Shown piece by piece: positions 1 to 9,631 of a stretch of DNA of 64,000 nt. Source of the stretch: a virus (Duplodnaviria > Caudoviricetes). The notes beneath the pieces are model-generated. The model had not been told where the DNA came from. It did not search any database and saw nothing but the letters and a program-made list of their open reading frames with translations. Location of the stretch: IMG/VR virus record IMGVR_UViG_3300033067_000343, positions 1-64,000 of that record. The stretch is one strand, 5' to 3'. The first letter of the stretch is position 1. Each line of letters begins with the position of its first letter. A program made the position numbers and the translations under genes.

Positions 1-390
1 ACAACCGTAAGAGTTGAAGAAGACCTAGCAAGTGTGCTAGAATATGCAGTAAATACAAACCGACTACCAGTTGTAGTTTATGAACCTGATTTGAGCGAAA
101 AGCTGTTGAGAAAACTGCACGAACTATATCCTGCAGAAGTTATTGAAGCAGTTGGCAATAATAAAAATTACGTGCCGGTTGAGGGTGTTAAATTTATCCA
201 CACCCATAAACCCATGCGTAAGCTGGATCGTATCCCTATGCTAGTTTCTAGTGCAGGAATGATCTTTGGTGGAGATAAACAAATTATGGTACAACGTGCA
301 GAAAAGATCGTATACGTTTCTGCCGATGTATATAACGCAGCCGGTGGTACGGGACAAAAGACCAGGAAGGTAGTGAAGCTTGCAGGCTAA
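1..390 (+). CDS. hypothetical protein, 5' partial
   Basis: Frame is open from base 1 to TAG at 390; overlaps the next gene start. Confidence 0.6.
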   Translation, partial: TTVRVEEDLASVLEYAVNTNRLPVVVYEPDLSEKLLRKLHELYPAEVIEAVGNNKNYVPVEGVKFIHTHKPMRKLDRIPMLVSSAGMIFGGDKQIMVQRAEKIVYVSADVYNAAGGTGQKTRKVVKLAG

Positions 391-1840
391 ATTAATTATT
401 AAAGATGAAGTAAACGTTAAAGTCGAGGGAATAGAATTAGGAACTCGCAAAAAGTTAGTAGATAGATTTAAGTTTGAAATACCGGGCGCACGATACTTAC
501 CGGCGGTGCGTTTAGGAAGATGGGATGGAAAACAAGCCTTCTTCCAATTAGGTGGCAGTACATATATTAACTTATTACCTGACGTTATTCCCATATTGGA
601 TGCTGAAGGCTACGATATAGAAGTCGAAGACCTTCGTGATTACAGCACCAAGATTGAATTTGAAACTTTCAAGGAAGATACTTTTGCTGCACACTTGTGG
701 CCAGAAGGGCATCCTGCAGCAGGGCAACCTGTTATGTTCCGTGACTATCAAGTTGAGATTATAAACAACTTCTTGCAGAACCCGCAGAGCATTCAGGAGA
801 TTGCTACAGGTGCGGGCAAGACCATTATGACTGCGGCACTTTCATTGTGTGCAGAAAAGTATGGTCGCAGTATTGTTATTGTTCCAAACAAAAGTCTAGT
901 TACCCAAACAGAAGCAGACTACATTAACCTAGGGTTAGATGTTGGTGTGTACTTTGGCGACAGAAAAGAGTTCGGCAGGACACATACCATCTGCACTTGG
1001 CAAAGTTTAAACAACTTGCTCAAGCTAACTCAAGCTGGCGAAGCTGAGTGTACTATTCAAGAGTTTATTGAAGATGTTGCACTAGTAATGGTCGACGAAG
1101 TACACATGGCTAAAGCAGATGCTCTTAAGACTTTGCTTACCAGCGTGTTTGCCAAGATTCCATTGCGTTGGGGTCTAACTGGCACTGTGCCTAAAGAAGA
1201 GTTTGCTCAGATCAGCATCTTCTGTAGCCTTGGTCCGGTTGTTGGTAAACTAGCAGCTAGCGAGCTACAAGACGCCGGACACCTTGCACAATGTCACGTT
1301 AACATTGTACAGTTAATTGATCACGTAGAATACAAAGACTACCAAAGTGAGTTGAAATATTTAACAACCACCGAGTCAAGAATTGAATATATAAGCAAGT
1401 TAGTCACAAAAGTTAACGGCACTGGTAACACACTTGTCCTAGTAGACAGAATCGAAACTGGCAAAATGCTAGTAGAGTTCTTAGGAGACAAGGCTGTGTT
1501 TGTATCGGGCGCCACCAAAGCTAAAGACAGAAAGAACGAGTATGACGAAGTTGCGAATAGCGATGACAAGATTATTGTGGCGACTTACGGTGTGGCCGCT
1601 GTTGGTATTAATATCCCTCGTATTTTTAATCTGGTTATGGTGGAGTCCGGAAAGAGCTTTACTCGAGTTATCCAAAGTATTGGACGAGGTATTAGAAAAG
1701 CGGAAGACAAAGACCATGTCGAAATCTGGGACGTAACATCAACTTGCAAATTTGCCAAGCGACACCTTACTAAGCGAAAAGTCTTCTACAAAGAAGCAAA
1801 CTACCCATTTACGGTAGAAAAAATAGATTGGATTAATTAA
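380..1840 (+). CDS. uvsW: SF2 DNA helicase, UvsW-like
   Basis: Q-motif DYQ, Walker A GAGKT, DEVH, GLTGT, motif VI QSIGRGIR; TTG start. Confidence 0.85.
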   Translation: MQAKLIIKDEVNVKVEGIELGTRKKLVDRFKFEIPGARYLPAVRLGRWDGKQAFFQLGGSTYINLLPDVIPILDAEGYDIEVEDLRDYSTKIEFETFKEDTFAAHLWPEGHPAAGQPVMFRDYQVEIINNFLQNPQSIQEIATGAGKTIMTAALSLCAEKYGRSIVIVPNKSLVTQTEADYINLGLDVGVYFGDRKEFGRTHTICTWQSLNNLLKLTQAGEAECTIQEFIEDVALVMVDEVHMAKADALKTLLTSVFAKIPLRWGLTGTVPKEEFAQISIFCSLGPVVGKLAASELQDAGHLAQCHVNIVQLIDHVEYKDYQSELKYLTTTESRIEYISKLVTKVNGTGNTLVLVDRIETGKMLVEFLGDKAVFVSGATKAKDRKNEYDEVANSDDKIIVATYGVAAVGINIPRIFNLVMVESGKSFTRVIQSIGRGIRKAEDKDHVEIWDVTSTCKFAKRHLTKRKVFYKEANYPFTVEKIDWIN

Positions 1841-1845
1841 CCACA

Positions 1846-2349
1846 ATGAGAATACTAACACTAGACAACACAGCCTATGAGCTAAATGAAATCCCAGATG
1901 AAGTTGAGGATTTACGCTTTGCTGTATTAGACAACAGTGACCCTAAGAACCCAGACTACTTTTACATTCCGTTAATCTTCTTAGAATCATTTAACGCACC
2001 AGCTTTGGTATTACGTATTGGTAATAATGTTATTAAAATGCCAGTTGATTGGCAATTGCTAATTGGTGAACCGGATCTAGGCGATCTTGAAGTTGTGCCG
2101 TTAACAAGTATCAATGACAGGGGCTTTAGCGTGTACTGTTTCAACCCCTTAAGCAGCTTTAAACCCGAGTTTAAGCCCGTTGAAATTGTGGACATATACC
2201 AAGATGTCAAATGGTACTTTCCAAAGCTAAAACCCGGGCAGATGCTTGCAGTACCTTTGGAGAGCGGAACAAGCGAACCCTTGTGTGCGTATTTTGTAAA
2301 AGATATCTCGCGTCAAAGTGAGGTAGTTGATTATTCTAAGTGTTGGTGA
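1846..2349 (+). CDS. hypothetical phage protein
   Basis: 167-aa ORF directly after the helicase in the same operon. Confidence 0.7.
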   Translation: MRILTLDNTAYELNEIPDEVEDLRFAVLDNSDPKNPDYFYIPLIFLESFNAPALVLRIGNNVIKMPVDWQLLIGEPDLGDLEVVPLTSINDRGFSVYCFNPLSSFKPEFKPVEIVDIYQDVKWYFPKLKPGQMLAVPLESGTSEPLCAYFVKDISRQSEVVDYSKCW

Positions 2350-2350
2350 T

Positions 2351-2500
2351 ATGGGAAATTATACAGAACCTCAAATTTTTGAAACCATTAATAGACTCGC
2401 AAGAATCTATTTGGAAAGTTATCCCGACGATAAGGAAGGTCTAGAGCGTTTCTTACGTTGGGCACATGCTCAATACGGATACACCTATGGGGCAACTTAA
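2351..2500 (+). CDS. small hypothetical protein (49 aa, below ORF-track cutoff)
   Basis: MGNYTEPQIF...YGAT*; fills the gap between operon genes exactly. Confidence 0.6.
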   Translation: MGNYTEPQIFETINRLARIYLESYPDDKEGLERFLRWAHAQYGYTYGAT

Positions 2501-2744
2501 GCCTGGGGCAACTTACATATATGAGAGAGTTGGTGATGCAGTATATGCTAGAGAAGCAGGCACCACTGATCGTTCGCTAGTTGGCGAGAGCCACACGGCC
2601 CGAAGTAAAATGGATCAAATCCTTGAAGATAAACTTTGGGGAGAGATTCGCCGCAAAGCAAAGACCCATCCTGGCTTGGCATCAGAGCTAGAACGTGTTA
2701 TAATATTTTACAAACTATTAGAAGATAATGGCAACCAAACTTGA
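2487..2744 (+). CDS. hypothetical protein
   Basis: ATG 2487 is in frame with the track ORF; overlaps both neighbours. Confidence 0.6.
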   Translation: MGQLKPGATYIYERVGDAVYAREAGTTDRSLVGESHTARSKMDQILEDKLWGEIRRKAKTHPGLASELERVIIFYKLLEDNGNQT

Positions 2745-3195
2745 AATTGGCAGGGTGCTTGGAGCACTAGACCTCAAAGATAGAAACTTCTTGGATAACT
2801 TATCCGAAGAGGAAGCAAAGCAACTTAGCCCCTACATGATGATTCGTTGGGGTGCCGCTGTCGATGGTTCCCCCGACTTGCAAGCCTATTACTTGATGAG
2901 TGCCAATGAACGGTTAAACAAACACTTCTTTGACATTAGTACAAGTGAGCACAAGAAGTTACAGTGGCTTCTATCAACAACAATTAGTCCGGGCATGGGC
3001 AAACAACGACATAACTGGCTTGCTGGCAAGAAAAAATCAAACAACAGCAAAGCAGAAAAGTTTCTAAGAAGCCTATACCCGCATTACAAAGAAGACGAAA
3101 TTGAATTACTCGGAAGACTCAACACTACGGACGATCTTAAGCAGTTGGCAAGAGAGCACGGCTGGGATGAAAAAAGAATCAAAGCCGAACTATAA
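2728..3195 (+). CDS. putative clamp-loader small subunit (T4 gp62-like)
   Basis: SPYMMIRW, ANERLN, LQWLL and W-x-x-x-KKK pattern resembles the gp62 family; replication-cluster context. Confidence 0.5.
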   Translation: MATKLEIGRVLGALDLKDRNFLDNLSEEEAKQLSPYMMIRWGAAVDGSPDLQAYYLMSANERLNKHFFDISTSEHKKLQWLLSTTISPGMGKQRHNWLAGKKKSNNSKAEKFLRSLYPHYKEDEIELLGRLNTTDDLKQLAREHGWDEKRIKAEL

Positions 3196-3868
3196 ATGCC
3201 AATACTGTGGTAAAGGGTATGCAAAGGAAAGTACATTAGTTGCACACCTTTGCGAACAAAAACGTAGGCATCAACAACAAGGCGAAACTGGCGTACAGTT
3301 TGGCCTACGTGCCTATTTGTTGTTCTACCAAATGACACAAGGGTCATCTAAGACCAAATCGTATGAGGACTTTGCAGCAAGTCCGTATTACCAAGCGTTT
3401 GTTAAGTTTGGTAGATACTGTGTTAGTATTCGCTGCCTTAACTTCGCCAACTTCACTGAATGGCTATTAAAGAACAATAAGAAATTAGACTACTGGTGCA
3501 AAGACGCATTGTATGTTGAGTGGATGAATCCCTACATGCAAAAAGAAGCAGTGCAGGATGCACTGGAGCGAGCACTAAAGGAAATGCAAAACTATGCAGA
3601 CGATCATCCAGAACTTAAAAACGGCTTTACAGACTATTTTCGATACGGCAATGGTAATCGTATTTGCCATCATATTACTACCGGTAGGATTAGCCCTTGG
3701 GTTATATACAATTGTGCCAGCGGCGTTGACTTTCTTGATCAACTCACTCAAGACCAAACGGCGATGATTTGGGATTATATCGATCCCGAGTTCTGGCAAC
3801 GAAAGTTTAAGGACTACCCTGATGATGTTGAGTGGGTTAAACATATTCTAAAGCAGGCAGGATTGTGA
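3167..3868 (+). CDS. Zn-finger-containing hypothetical protein
   Basis: N-terminal CQYC...HLC motif; ATG 3167 preferred over the track start. Confidence 0.65.
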   Translation: MKKESKPNYKCQYCGKGYAKESTLVAHLCEQKRRHQQQGETGVQFGLRAYLLFYQMTQGSSKTKSYEDFAASPYYQAFVKFGRYCVSIRCLNFANFTEWLLKNNKKLDYWCKDALYVEWMNPYMQKEAVQDALERALKEMQNYADDHPELKNGFTDYFRYGNGNRICHHITTGRISPWVIYNCASGVDFLDQLTQDQTAMIWDYIDPEFWQRKFKDYPDDVEWVKHILKQAGL

Positions 3869-4086
3869 TTAGAGTTGAAGTTCCATGGTCAGACAAGCGT
3901 GAAGGCGCTAACTTCTCTGTGGAACTCAGCCACTGGTGTGCGGATCAAGGACTGATCAATAGGGTAGACTATACATGGCATTACATTCCTGACCAGCGTG
4001 TAACTATATTCAACTTTGATGACAGGGTAGAAAGCTATGCTACCCTGTTTGCACTAAGATGGGCAGGAGCCAAACATGAAATTTAA
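3865..4086 (+). CDS. hypothetical protein
   Basis: GTGA overlap with the upstream stop; overlaps the downstream gene. Confidence 0.6.
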   Translation: MIRVEVPWSDKREGANFSVELSHWCADQGLINRVDYTWHYIPDQRVTIFNFDDRVESYATLFALRWAGAKHEI

Positions 4087-4654
4087 AAGCGACATTGACA
4101 TTGACTTTGGTAACAGAGACCGAGCACTTGACTTACTGCCCCACGTGAGTGCAGGGATCATGCGTGACGGCAAGATTATCAAACACAACACTGGCGTATA
4201 TCCCACACAGATACCATACGATCCTTTTACAGGTGTTGCAACAATTGATCACAAAGTTGCAGAAGATCGTGGCTATGCTAAACTAGACTTCTTGAATGTT
4301 TCTTTATATACGCAGATAAAGAGTGAACAACATTTACAAGAACTAATGGCCCGCGAGCCCGAGTGGGATCGGCTGTACGACCAAGAGTTTTGCAGCCAAA
4401 TGATTCACATTGGCAATCATTACGACACACTGATTAAGATGCCAGAAGCTGTTAACAGCATTCCACGCATGGCAATGTTTCTGGCCATAATCAGACCAGC
4501 TAAACGGCACCTAATTGGGGAAACTTGGAAAGAAGTATCCAAGACAGTATGGGAAAAACCTGAAGATGACAGTTATTACTTCAAACGCAGTCACGCAGTC
4601 GCCTACGCACACCTTGTAGCAGTTAACATGAACCTAGCTCAAGCGTCGAACTAG
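4076..4654 (+). CDS. minimal DNA polymerase III alpha (DnaE)-like catalytic core
   Basis: SDIDIDF, KHNTGVY, KLDFL, FKRSHAVAYA match DnaE palm/finger motifs; only 192 aa. Confidence 0.75.
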   Translation: MKFKSDIDIDFGNRDRALDLLPHVSAGIMRDGKIIKHNTGVYPTQIPYDPFTGVATIDHKVAEDRGYAKLDFLNVSLYTQIKSEQHLQELMAREPEWDRLYDQEFCSQMIHIGNHYDTLIKMPEAVNSIPRMAMFLAIIRPAKRHLIGETWKEVSKTVWEKPEDDSYYFKRSHAVAYAHLVAVNMNLAQASN

Positions 4655-5008
4655 TGTAATACTGCGTCTTTTGCTACGCTTGTTGGCCATTTCTCTTAGG
4701 CTAACTTGCGGGCCAAACTTGATTTCCACGTCTTTGCTGTTCATAGTCTTTAAACAGCCGCGAAATCCTGCCCATTCTGTTTTCAAAAACACATTGATGG
4801 GTATAAGTCTATTGCTTTCCCACCACCATTGCTCTCCTAGTTCTAGGAATGCACTGCGTTCTTCTAGCGTCCGTATTGCACCATAATCGTAGATGGTGGT
4901 AATAATGTCATCGACGTTTTGCACGATGCCTATGTATTCGTTTCCCCCGTAAACTAAGAAAGTTAAAAATGGGTACTTATCGATGAGTTGTTGCTGTCCC
5001 TGATCCAC
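4634..5008 (-). CDS. hypothetical protein
   Basis: 124-aa ORF fills the gap; convergent overlap with the DnaE-like gene. Confidence 0.7.
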   Translation of the reverse strand: MDQGQQQLIDKYPFLTFLVYGGNEYIGIVQNVDDIITTIYDYGAIRTLEERSAFLELGEQWWWESNRLIPINVFLKTEWAGFRGCLKTMNSKDVEIKFGPQVSLREMANKRSKRRSITLVRRLS

Positions 5009-5043
5009 TGTGTTTTTGGTAAATATGTTAAAGATAATCCCAA

Positions 5044-5538
5044 ATGCAGACTATCAAAACATATTTATATGACAACACAGTGGAGGTCCAAATTTTGGAT
5101 ACCTCTATTTTCACAGTAAGGAATCGCAAAGTGTACAGCAGATCTGTAACCGTATACCAGGGAATTGACAATCCTATCCAAGTTATTGTCAAAAATCAAG
5201 ATCAAAAGAAAGTTGATCTTACAGGATATGCTATGCAAGCCGATATCCAGGACCCAACAAACAAAATAACCGTAATGAGTTATGCAGTTACATGGGCAAA
5301 CATTGCACAGGGCTTGGGCCAATTCACAATTGACTCTACGACTGTTAACAGTCTTGAGCAACGCTTTTACAAATTAACATTTAGAACAATAAAAACATCA
5401 GACAACTCACAAAAGCCAGCATACATCGATGACAATTATGGCGTGCCATTGGATCTACAAGTCCTACCAGCATACTATGAGAACACAGAAGGTTTGCCAG
5501 ATGAACAAGAGTATGTAATTGATGGTGGAGCAATATAA
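5044..5538 (+). CDS. virion structural protein (BppU-N/baseplate-like beta domain)
   Basis: VYQGIDNPIQVIVKNQDQKKVDLTG pattern; TAAATA at 5020-5025; precedes a fibre gene. Confidence 0.5.
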   Translation: MQTIKTYLYDNTVEVQILDTSIFTVRNRKVYSRSVTVYQGIDNPIQVIVKNQDQKKVDLTGYAMQADIQDPTNKITVMSYAVTWANIAQGLGQFTIDSTTVNSLEQRFYKLTFRTIKTSDNSQKPAYIDDNYGVPLDLQVLPAYYENTEGLPDEQEYVIDGGAI

Positions 5539-8531
5539 TGACAGTAGCGAACGTAGTTATCAGACAAGTATTATTAAAGCGTGGCAACACTGCTACCATG
5601 AGTGCCTACACTGGCCCAATTGGCGAAGTTACTGTTGATACAGATTTAGACACTTTGCGAGTACAAGACGGCATTAATGCCGGCGGAACCCTTTTAGCAA
5701 CGCAGGATTACGTAGATAGTGCTGTAACCACTGTAAGTGGTGTAACAGACCTAACACCAATCTATGCCAACATTGCAGCAATCAACGCAAACATTGTTAC
5801 TTTGTATGCCAATGCATCAACACAAAGTAACAGCATTACATCTTTAACTTCAAATGCCGCTGTTCAAAACGCGGCAATCATTGCATTGCAAGCTGCGGAT
5901 CTAGTATTACAAGGTGAAATTGACACAACCAATGCACAATGGATTGCGAACGTTGCTAGCTTACAAGCCAATATCATTGCTGCCAATGCAGCCATTGCAG
6001 CTTTAGGTGGCGGAGTTGATTCTGCCGAACTAGATGCTCTACGTGCAAACATTGAAGCAGCCAACGTTAACATTGCAGCTTTGCAAAGTGTAACGAGCTC
6101 ACAAGGTGCAGACATTGTTACCTTGTTTGCTAACGCAGCAGTACAAAGCGGCAACATCGCAGCCCTTACTACTACAGTAAACACCAACACAGGCGACATT
6201 GCTACCTTATTTGCAAACGCAGCATACCAATCAGGTTGGTTTAGTGGATTGCAGTCTAATGCAGCTATCCAAGATGCTGCTATTGCTAGCCTGCAATCAA
6301 ATGCAGGTGTACAAGATGCTGCAATTACTTCATTACGCAGTGACTTAAACACAAACGTTGCCACTATCACTGGGCAATTGTCCACACACGATACAGCCAT
6401 TAGTACCCTAACTGCAAACGCAGCAGGTCAGGCACAGTTATTGTATCTATTGGATGCTAACGCCGCTACCCAAAACGATTACCTAAATGGATTGCTTGCT
6501 AACGCAGCAGCACAAGCAGGTGACATTGTTACGTTGTATGCCAATGCCGCAGCTCAAGCTGGCACATTAGTTACCTTAACAGCGAACGCAGCCACACAAG
6601 CAGATGCATTAACTGTTTTGACTGCCAATGCCGCGACCCAGAGTGCAAGCATTGCTGACCTTTATGCAAACGCAGCCACTCAAAATACAGAGCTAACCAC
6701 ATTAACAGCCAACGCAGCTTACCAAGCAGACTGGTTAACATCGTTGACAGCTAACGCCGGTGTCCAAAGTGACGCATTGGTAGTATTGACTGCTAACGCA
6801 GCAGCACAGGCAGCAACGCTTACAACACTGACAGCAAACGCAGCAACTCAATCGGCTGCACTTGATGTAATTACAGCTAACTTGGCTGTACAAACTGCAA
6901 ACGCAGCAGCACAAAACTCTGCGTTAACTGTATTAACTGCAAACGCCGCAGGGCAAAGTGACTACCTTGATGGATTACTTGCTAACGCAGCGGCACAGGC
7001 AGCAAGTCTAACAACATTGTTTGGTAATGCATCTACTCAAGCAGGTATCCTAACAACAATTAACTCTAATGTAGCCGCTGCAAACGCAGCTATCTCTGCA
7101 TTGCAGTCAACCGTTGGCACAAACTCTGCTGATATTGTTACATTGTTTGCCAATGCAGCAACCCAAAACTCTGCATTAAACACTTTAACCGCTAACGCAG
7201 CGTACCAAGCAGACTGGATAGCATCATTGCAGTCTATCACAACAGCCAATGCAGCAACACAATCTGATCAAATTGACCTAATCAACAGTAATGTAAGCAC
7301 GTTAACCACAACAGTTAACGGAATCATTGTTGGTAGTGGATTTGTTACTCCGGCAGACCTTGCAGCTAACATGGCCATTGCTAACTCAGCAATTGTGTCG
7401 GCGACTACTGGAAACATCACGTTGTCTGGTGCAATTACTACGTCTAACGTTATTCTTGAAGCAGGTGGCGTGTTCTGGGCCAACGGTGCTCGTGTAACTT
7501 CGTATGGTAACATTGCAGTTAGCAACTACATCCAAAGCTTCAACGGTGTAATCACTTCTAACATCTTAACAGTTACAGAACAACTCAAGAGCGACACATA
7601 CCAATTTGCAAACGGAGTTTCGATCTTTACCACAATAACTCCAACGGTGCTTGGTAACCTTAGAGTTAGCAATCAACAAATTACTGGACTTAACGTAGTA
7701 GATCCGATTATTTTAGGTAACGCTGCGGTGTCAACTCAGGTAGTTCAAGTTAATTCTCAGCTTGTGGCAAACTCTGCAATACCGAGTACTAATCACACCA
7801 CTGGGGCATTGATTATCCCTAACGGTGGGCTTGGTGTTGCTGGCAACGTTTACTTAAGTGGTCACCCAGATACACGCTTCCAAGTTGGCGAAGGCGGTCA
7901 GTTCTTACCAAACGTGTTAGCACAGTTTACTAGCAACGTTGATTCGTATGTTCAAATTAACATGCAGAACTTGAGTAGCGGCCCACTTGCTAGCTCGGAC
8001 TTTGTTGCCACAGCAGACAACGGCAATGATACTCAAAACTTTATTGACATGGGTATTGCAAGTAGCACCTACTTGTTCCCAGGTTACACTGCTATTAAAC
8101 CAAACGACGGTTACTTGTTAACTAACGGTGGCAACTTATTGTTGGCAACAACAACCATTGGCACATCGGTTAATTTCTATGCAGGCGGAGCTGAGGACGC
8201 TAACCAAGTTGGTAAATGGGACGCTGGCAATTTAACTATTAGTACTCATATTCTTCCATCTTCACCATCTACATTTACCTTAGGTAATGTTGGCGCAGAA
8301 TTTGGCAACGCATATCTTTCAAGCACACACATATCGGGCGACCTTATGTTCATGGGTAGCCCTGCTGGTGCTATCGTTGGGGCATCGTCAATCTCAACAG
8401 TAAATCTAACAGCAACAGGTAATATCTCATTTACTATGGCCAACGCCACACATTGGACAACTCCAGTCTCAAGTGTTGCGGCAGCATTAAATCAACTTGC
8501 TGCTAGAATCTGGGCAATAGAGAACCCCTAA
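5538..8531 (+). CDS. long tail fibre/adhesin with Mtd-N-like N-terminus and coiled-coil stalk
   Basis: LKRG...TGPIGEVTVDTDLDTLRVQDG N-terminal motif; about two dozen NA(A/G/S)xQ repeats; beta-rich C-terminus. Confidence 0.75.
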   Translation: MTVANVVIRQVLLKRGNTATMSAYTGPIGEVTVDTDLDTLRVQDGINAGGTLLATQDYVDSAVTTVSGVTDLTPIYANIAAINANIVTLYANASTQSNSITSLTSNAAVQNAAIIALQAADLVLQGEIDTTNAQWIANVASLQANIIAANAAIAALGGGVDSAELDALRANIEAANVNIAALQSVTSSQGADIVTLFANAAVQSGNIAALTTTVNTNTGDIATLFANAAYQSGWFSGLQSNAAIQDAAIASLQSNAGVQDAAITSLRSDLNTNVATITGQLSTHDTAISTLTANAAGQAQLLYLLDANAATQNDYLNGLLANAAAQAGDIVTLYANAAAQAGTLVTLTANAATQADALTVLTANAATQSASIADLYANAATQNTELTTLTANAAYQADWLTSLTANAGVQSDALVVLTANAAAQAATLTTLTANAATQSAALDVITANLAVQTANAAAQNSALTVLTANAAGQSDYLDGLLANAAAQAASLTTLFGNASTQAGILTTINSNVAAANAAISALQSTVGTNSADIVTLFANAATQNSALNTLTANAAYQADWIASLQSITTANAATQSDQIDLINSNVSTLTTTVNGIIVGSGFVTPADLAANMAIANSAIVSATTGNITLSGAITTSNVILEAGGVFWANGARVTSYGNIAVSNYIQSFNGVITSNILTVTEQLKSDTYQFANGVSIFTTITPTVLGNLRVSNQQITGLNVVDPIILGNAAVSTQVVQVNSQLVANSAIPSTNHTTGALIIPNGGLGVAGNVYLSGHPDTRFQVGEGGQFLPNVLAQFTSNVDSYVQINMQNLSSGPLASSDFVATADNGNDTQNFIDMGIASSTYLFPGYTAIKPNDGYLLTNGGNLLLATTTIGTSVNFYAGGAEDANQVGKWDAGNLTISTHILPSSPSTFTLGNVGAEFGNAYLSSTHISGDLMFMGSPAGAIVGASSISTVNLTATGNISFTMANATHWTTPVSSVAAALNQLAARIWAIENP
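5805..7262 (+). repeat. coding tandem repeat, mostly 14-aa (42-bp) ANAAxQ units
   Basis: LTANAATQ/LFANAAYQ/LLANAAAQ recur with 14-residue spacing. Confidence 0.85.
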
Positions 8532-8542
8532 AAGTTTGAGTT

Positions 8543-8577
8543 TTAGCATCACACACTATATAATTGTGTGATGCTAA
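8543..8577 (+). promoter_or_regulatory. 13-bp perfect hairpin with TATAAT in the loop and the primase start codon in the 3' arm
   Basis: TTAGCATCACACA (8543-8555) / TGTGTGATGCTAA (8565-8577); TATAAT 8559-8564; ATG 8571. Confidence 0.8.
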
Positions 8578-9629
8578 CAACAATTCAAGACTCGGTAAAA
8601 CAATACCTACCTGCTAAACGTAAGACCAGTTCTAATGGCTGGACTTCGTTTAACGCTGTCTGTTGTGAGCACAACGGTGAGAGCCGAGACAATCGGGGGC
8701 GTGGCGGCGTAATTTCTAATGCCGACGGATCCATATCATACTCTTGTTTCAACTGTAACTTCAAAGCCAACTACACACCAGGACGCCATCTAAACTTTAA
8801 GTTTAGAAAGCTACTGAGTTGGTTAGGAGCCGATGAAAACTCCATCAAGCGTTTGGTAATAGATGCGATCCGTGTTAAAGATCTAATCAGTCCAGAACAA
8901 GTAAAACAAATAGCTGATGAAGAGATTACGTTTAAGCCACGCCCGTTACCCGAGAATACTGTGAGCTTTCAGCAATGGCGAACATTCCTAATGCTGCAAG
9001 ACCCAGACGAGCCCGTTCACCCACAGTTTGTAAAAGCATTTAACTATATCCACGATCGTAAGGTTGATTGGAATCGTTACGAATTATGCACCACAGAAAG
9101 TGAAGCATACAATCTACACAAACGTGTAGTTATTCCATTTAAATGGAAAGGTGAAGTAATTGGATACACAGCAAGAACCTGGGAAGACACAGTCAAGCCC
9201 AAATACCACAACAGTTATGAGCCTAATTTTGTTTTCAATGTGGATAATCAGACTCCTGATAGGAAGTTTGTTCTTGCGATGGAAGGTCCGTTTGATGCGA
9301 TGGCAGTTGACGGTGTTGCTATTTTATCTAACGAGTGCAGTGAAGTTCAAGCTGATATTATTGATAGTCTTGGACGGGACGTCATTGTGGTCCCAGACTT
9401 TGACGTTAAAGAAGTTAAGGGTCGAATGGTATGGGCAGGTGAGCGACTTGTCACACAGGCGCTTGAGTATGGTTGGTCGGTTAGCTTCCCTGTTTGGCGA
9501 GAAGAATGCAAAGACGTAGCAGCCGCAGTACAAAAATACGGTAAATTATTTACGATGAGGGCCATATTAGACGGCCGCGAATCGAGCCGTTTAAAAATAG
9601 AGTTAATGCGTAAACGCATACATAGTTAA
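8568..9629 (+). CDS. DNA primase (gp61-like, Zn-binding + TOPRIM)
   Basis: CCEH...CFNC Zn site; EGPFDA and DFD TOPRIM motifs; adjacent to the helicase; likely start ATG 8571. Confidence 0.85.
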   Translation: MMLTTIQDSVKQYLPAKRKTSSNGWTSFNAVCCEHNGESRDNRGRGGVISNADGSISYSCFNCNFKANYTPGRHLNFKFRKLLSWLGADENSIKRLVIDAIRVKDLISPEQVKQIADEEITFKPRPLPENTVSFQQWRTFLMLQDPDEPVHPQFVKAFNYIHDRKVDWNRYELCTTESEAYNLHKRVVIPFKWKGEVIGYTARTWEDTVKPKYHNSYEPNFVFNVDNQTPDRKFVLAMEGPFDAMAVDGVAILSNECSEVQADIIDSLGRDVIVVPDFDVKEVKGRMVWAGERLVTQALEYGWSVSFPVWREECKDVAAAVQKYGKLFTMRAILDGRESSRLKIELMRKRIHS

Positions 9630-9631
9630 CA

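Noticed and set aside
5864-8449. Minus-strand ORFs antisense to the fibre gene, and similar shadow ORFs elsewhere in the track
   Set aside because: Mirror products of low-complexity or biased codon usage with no motifs, RBS or promoter support
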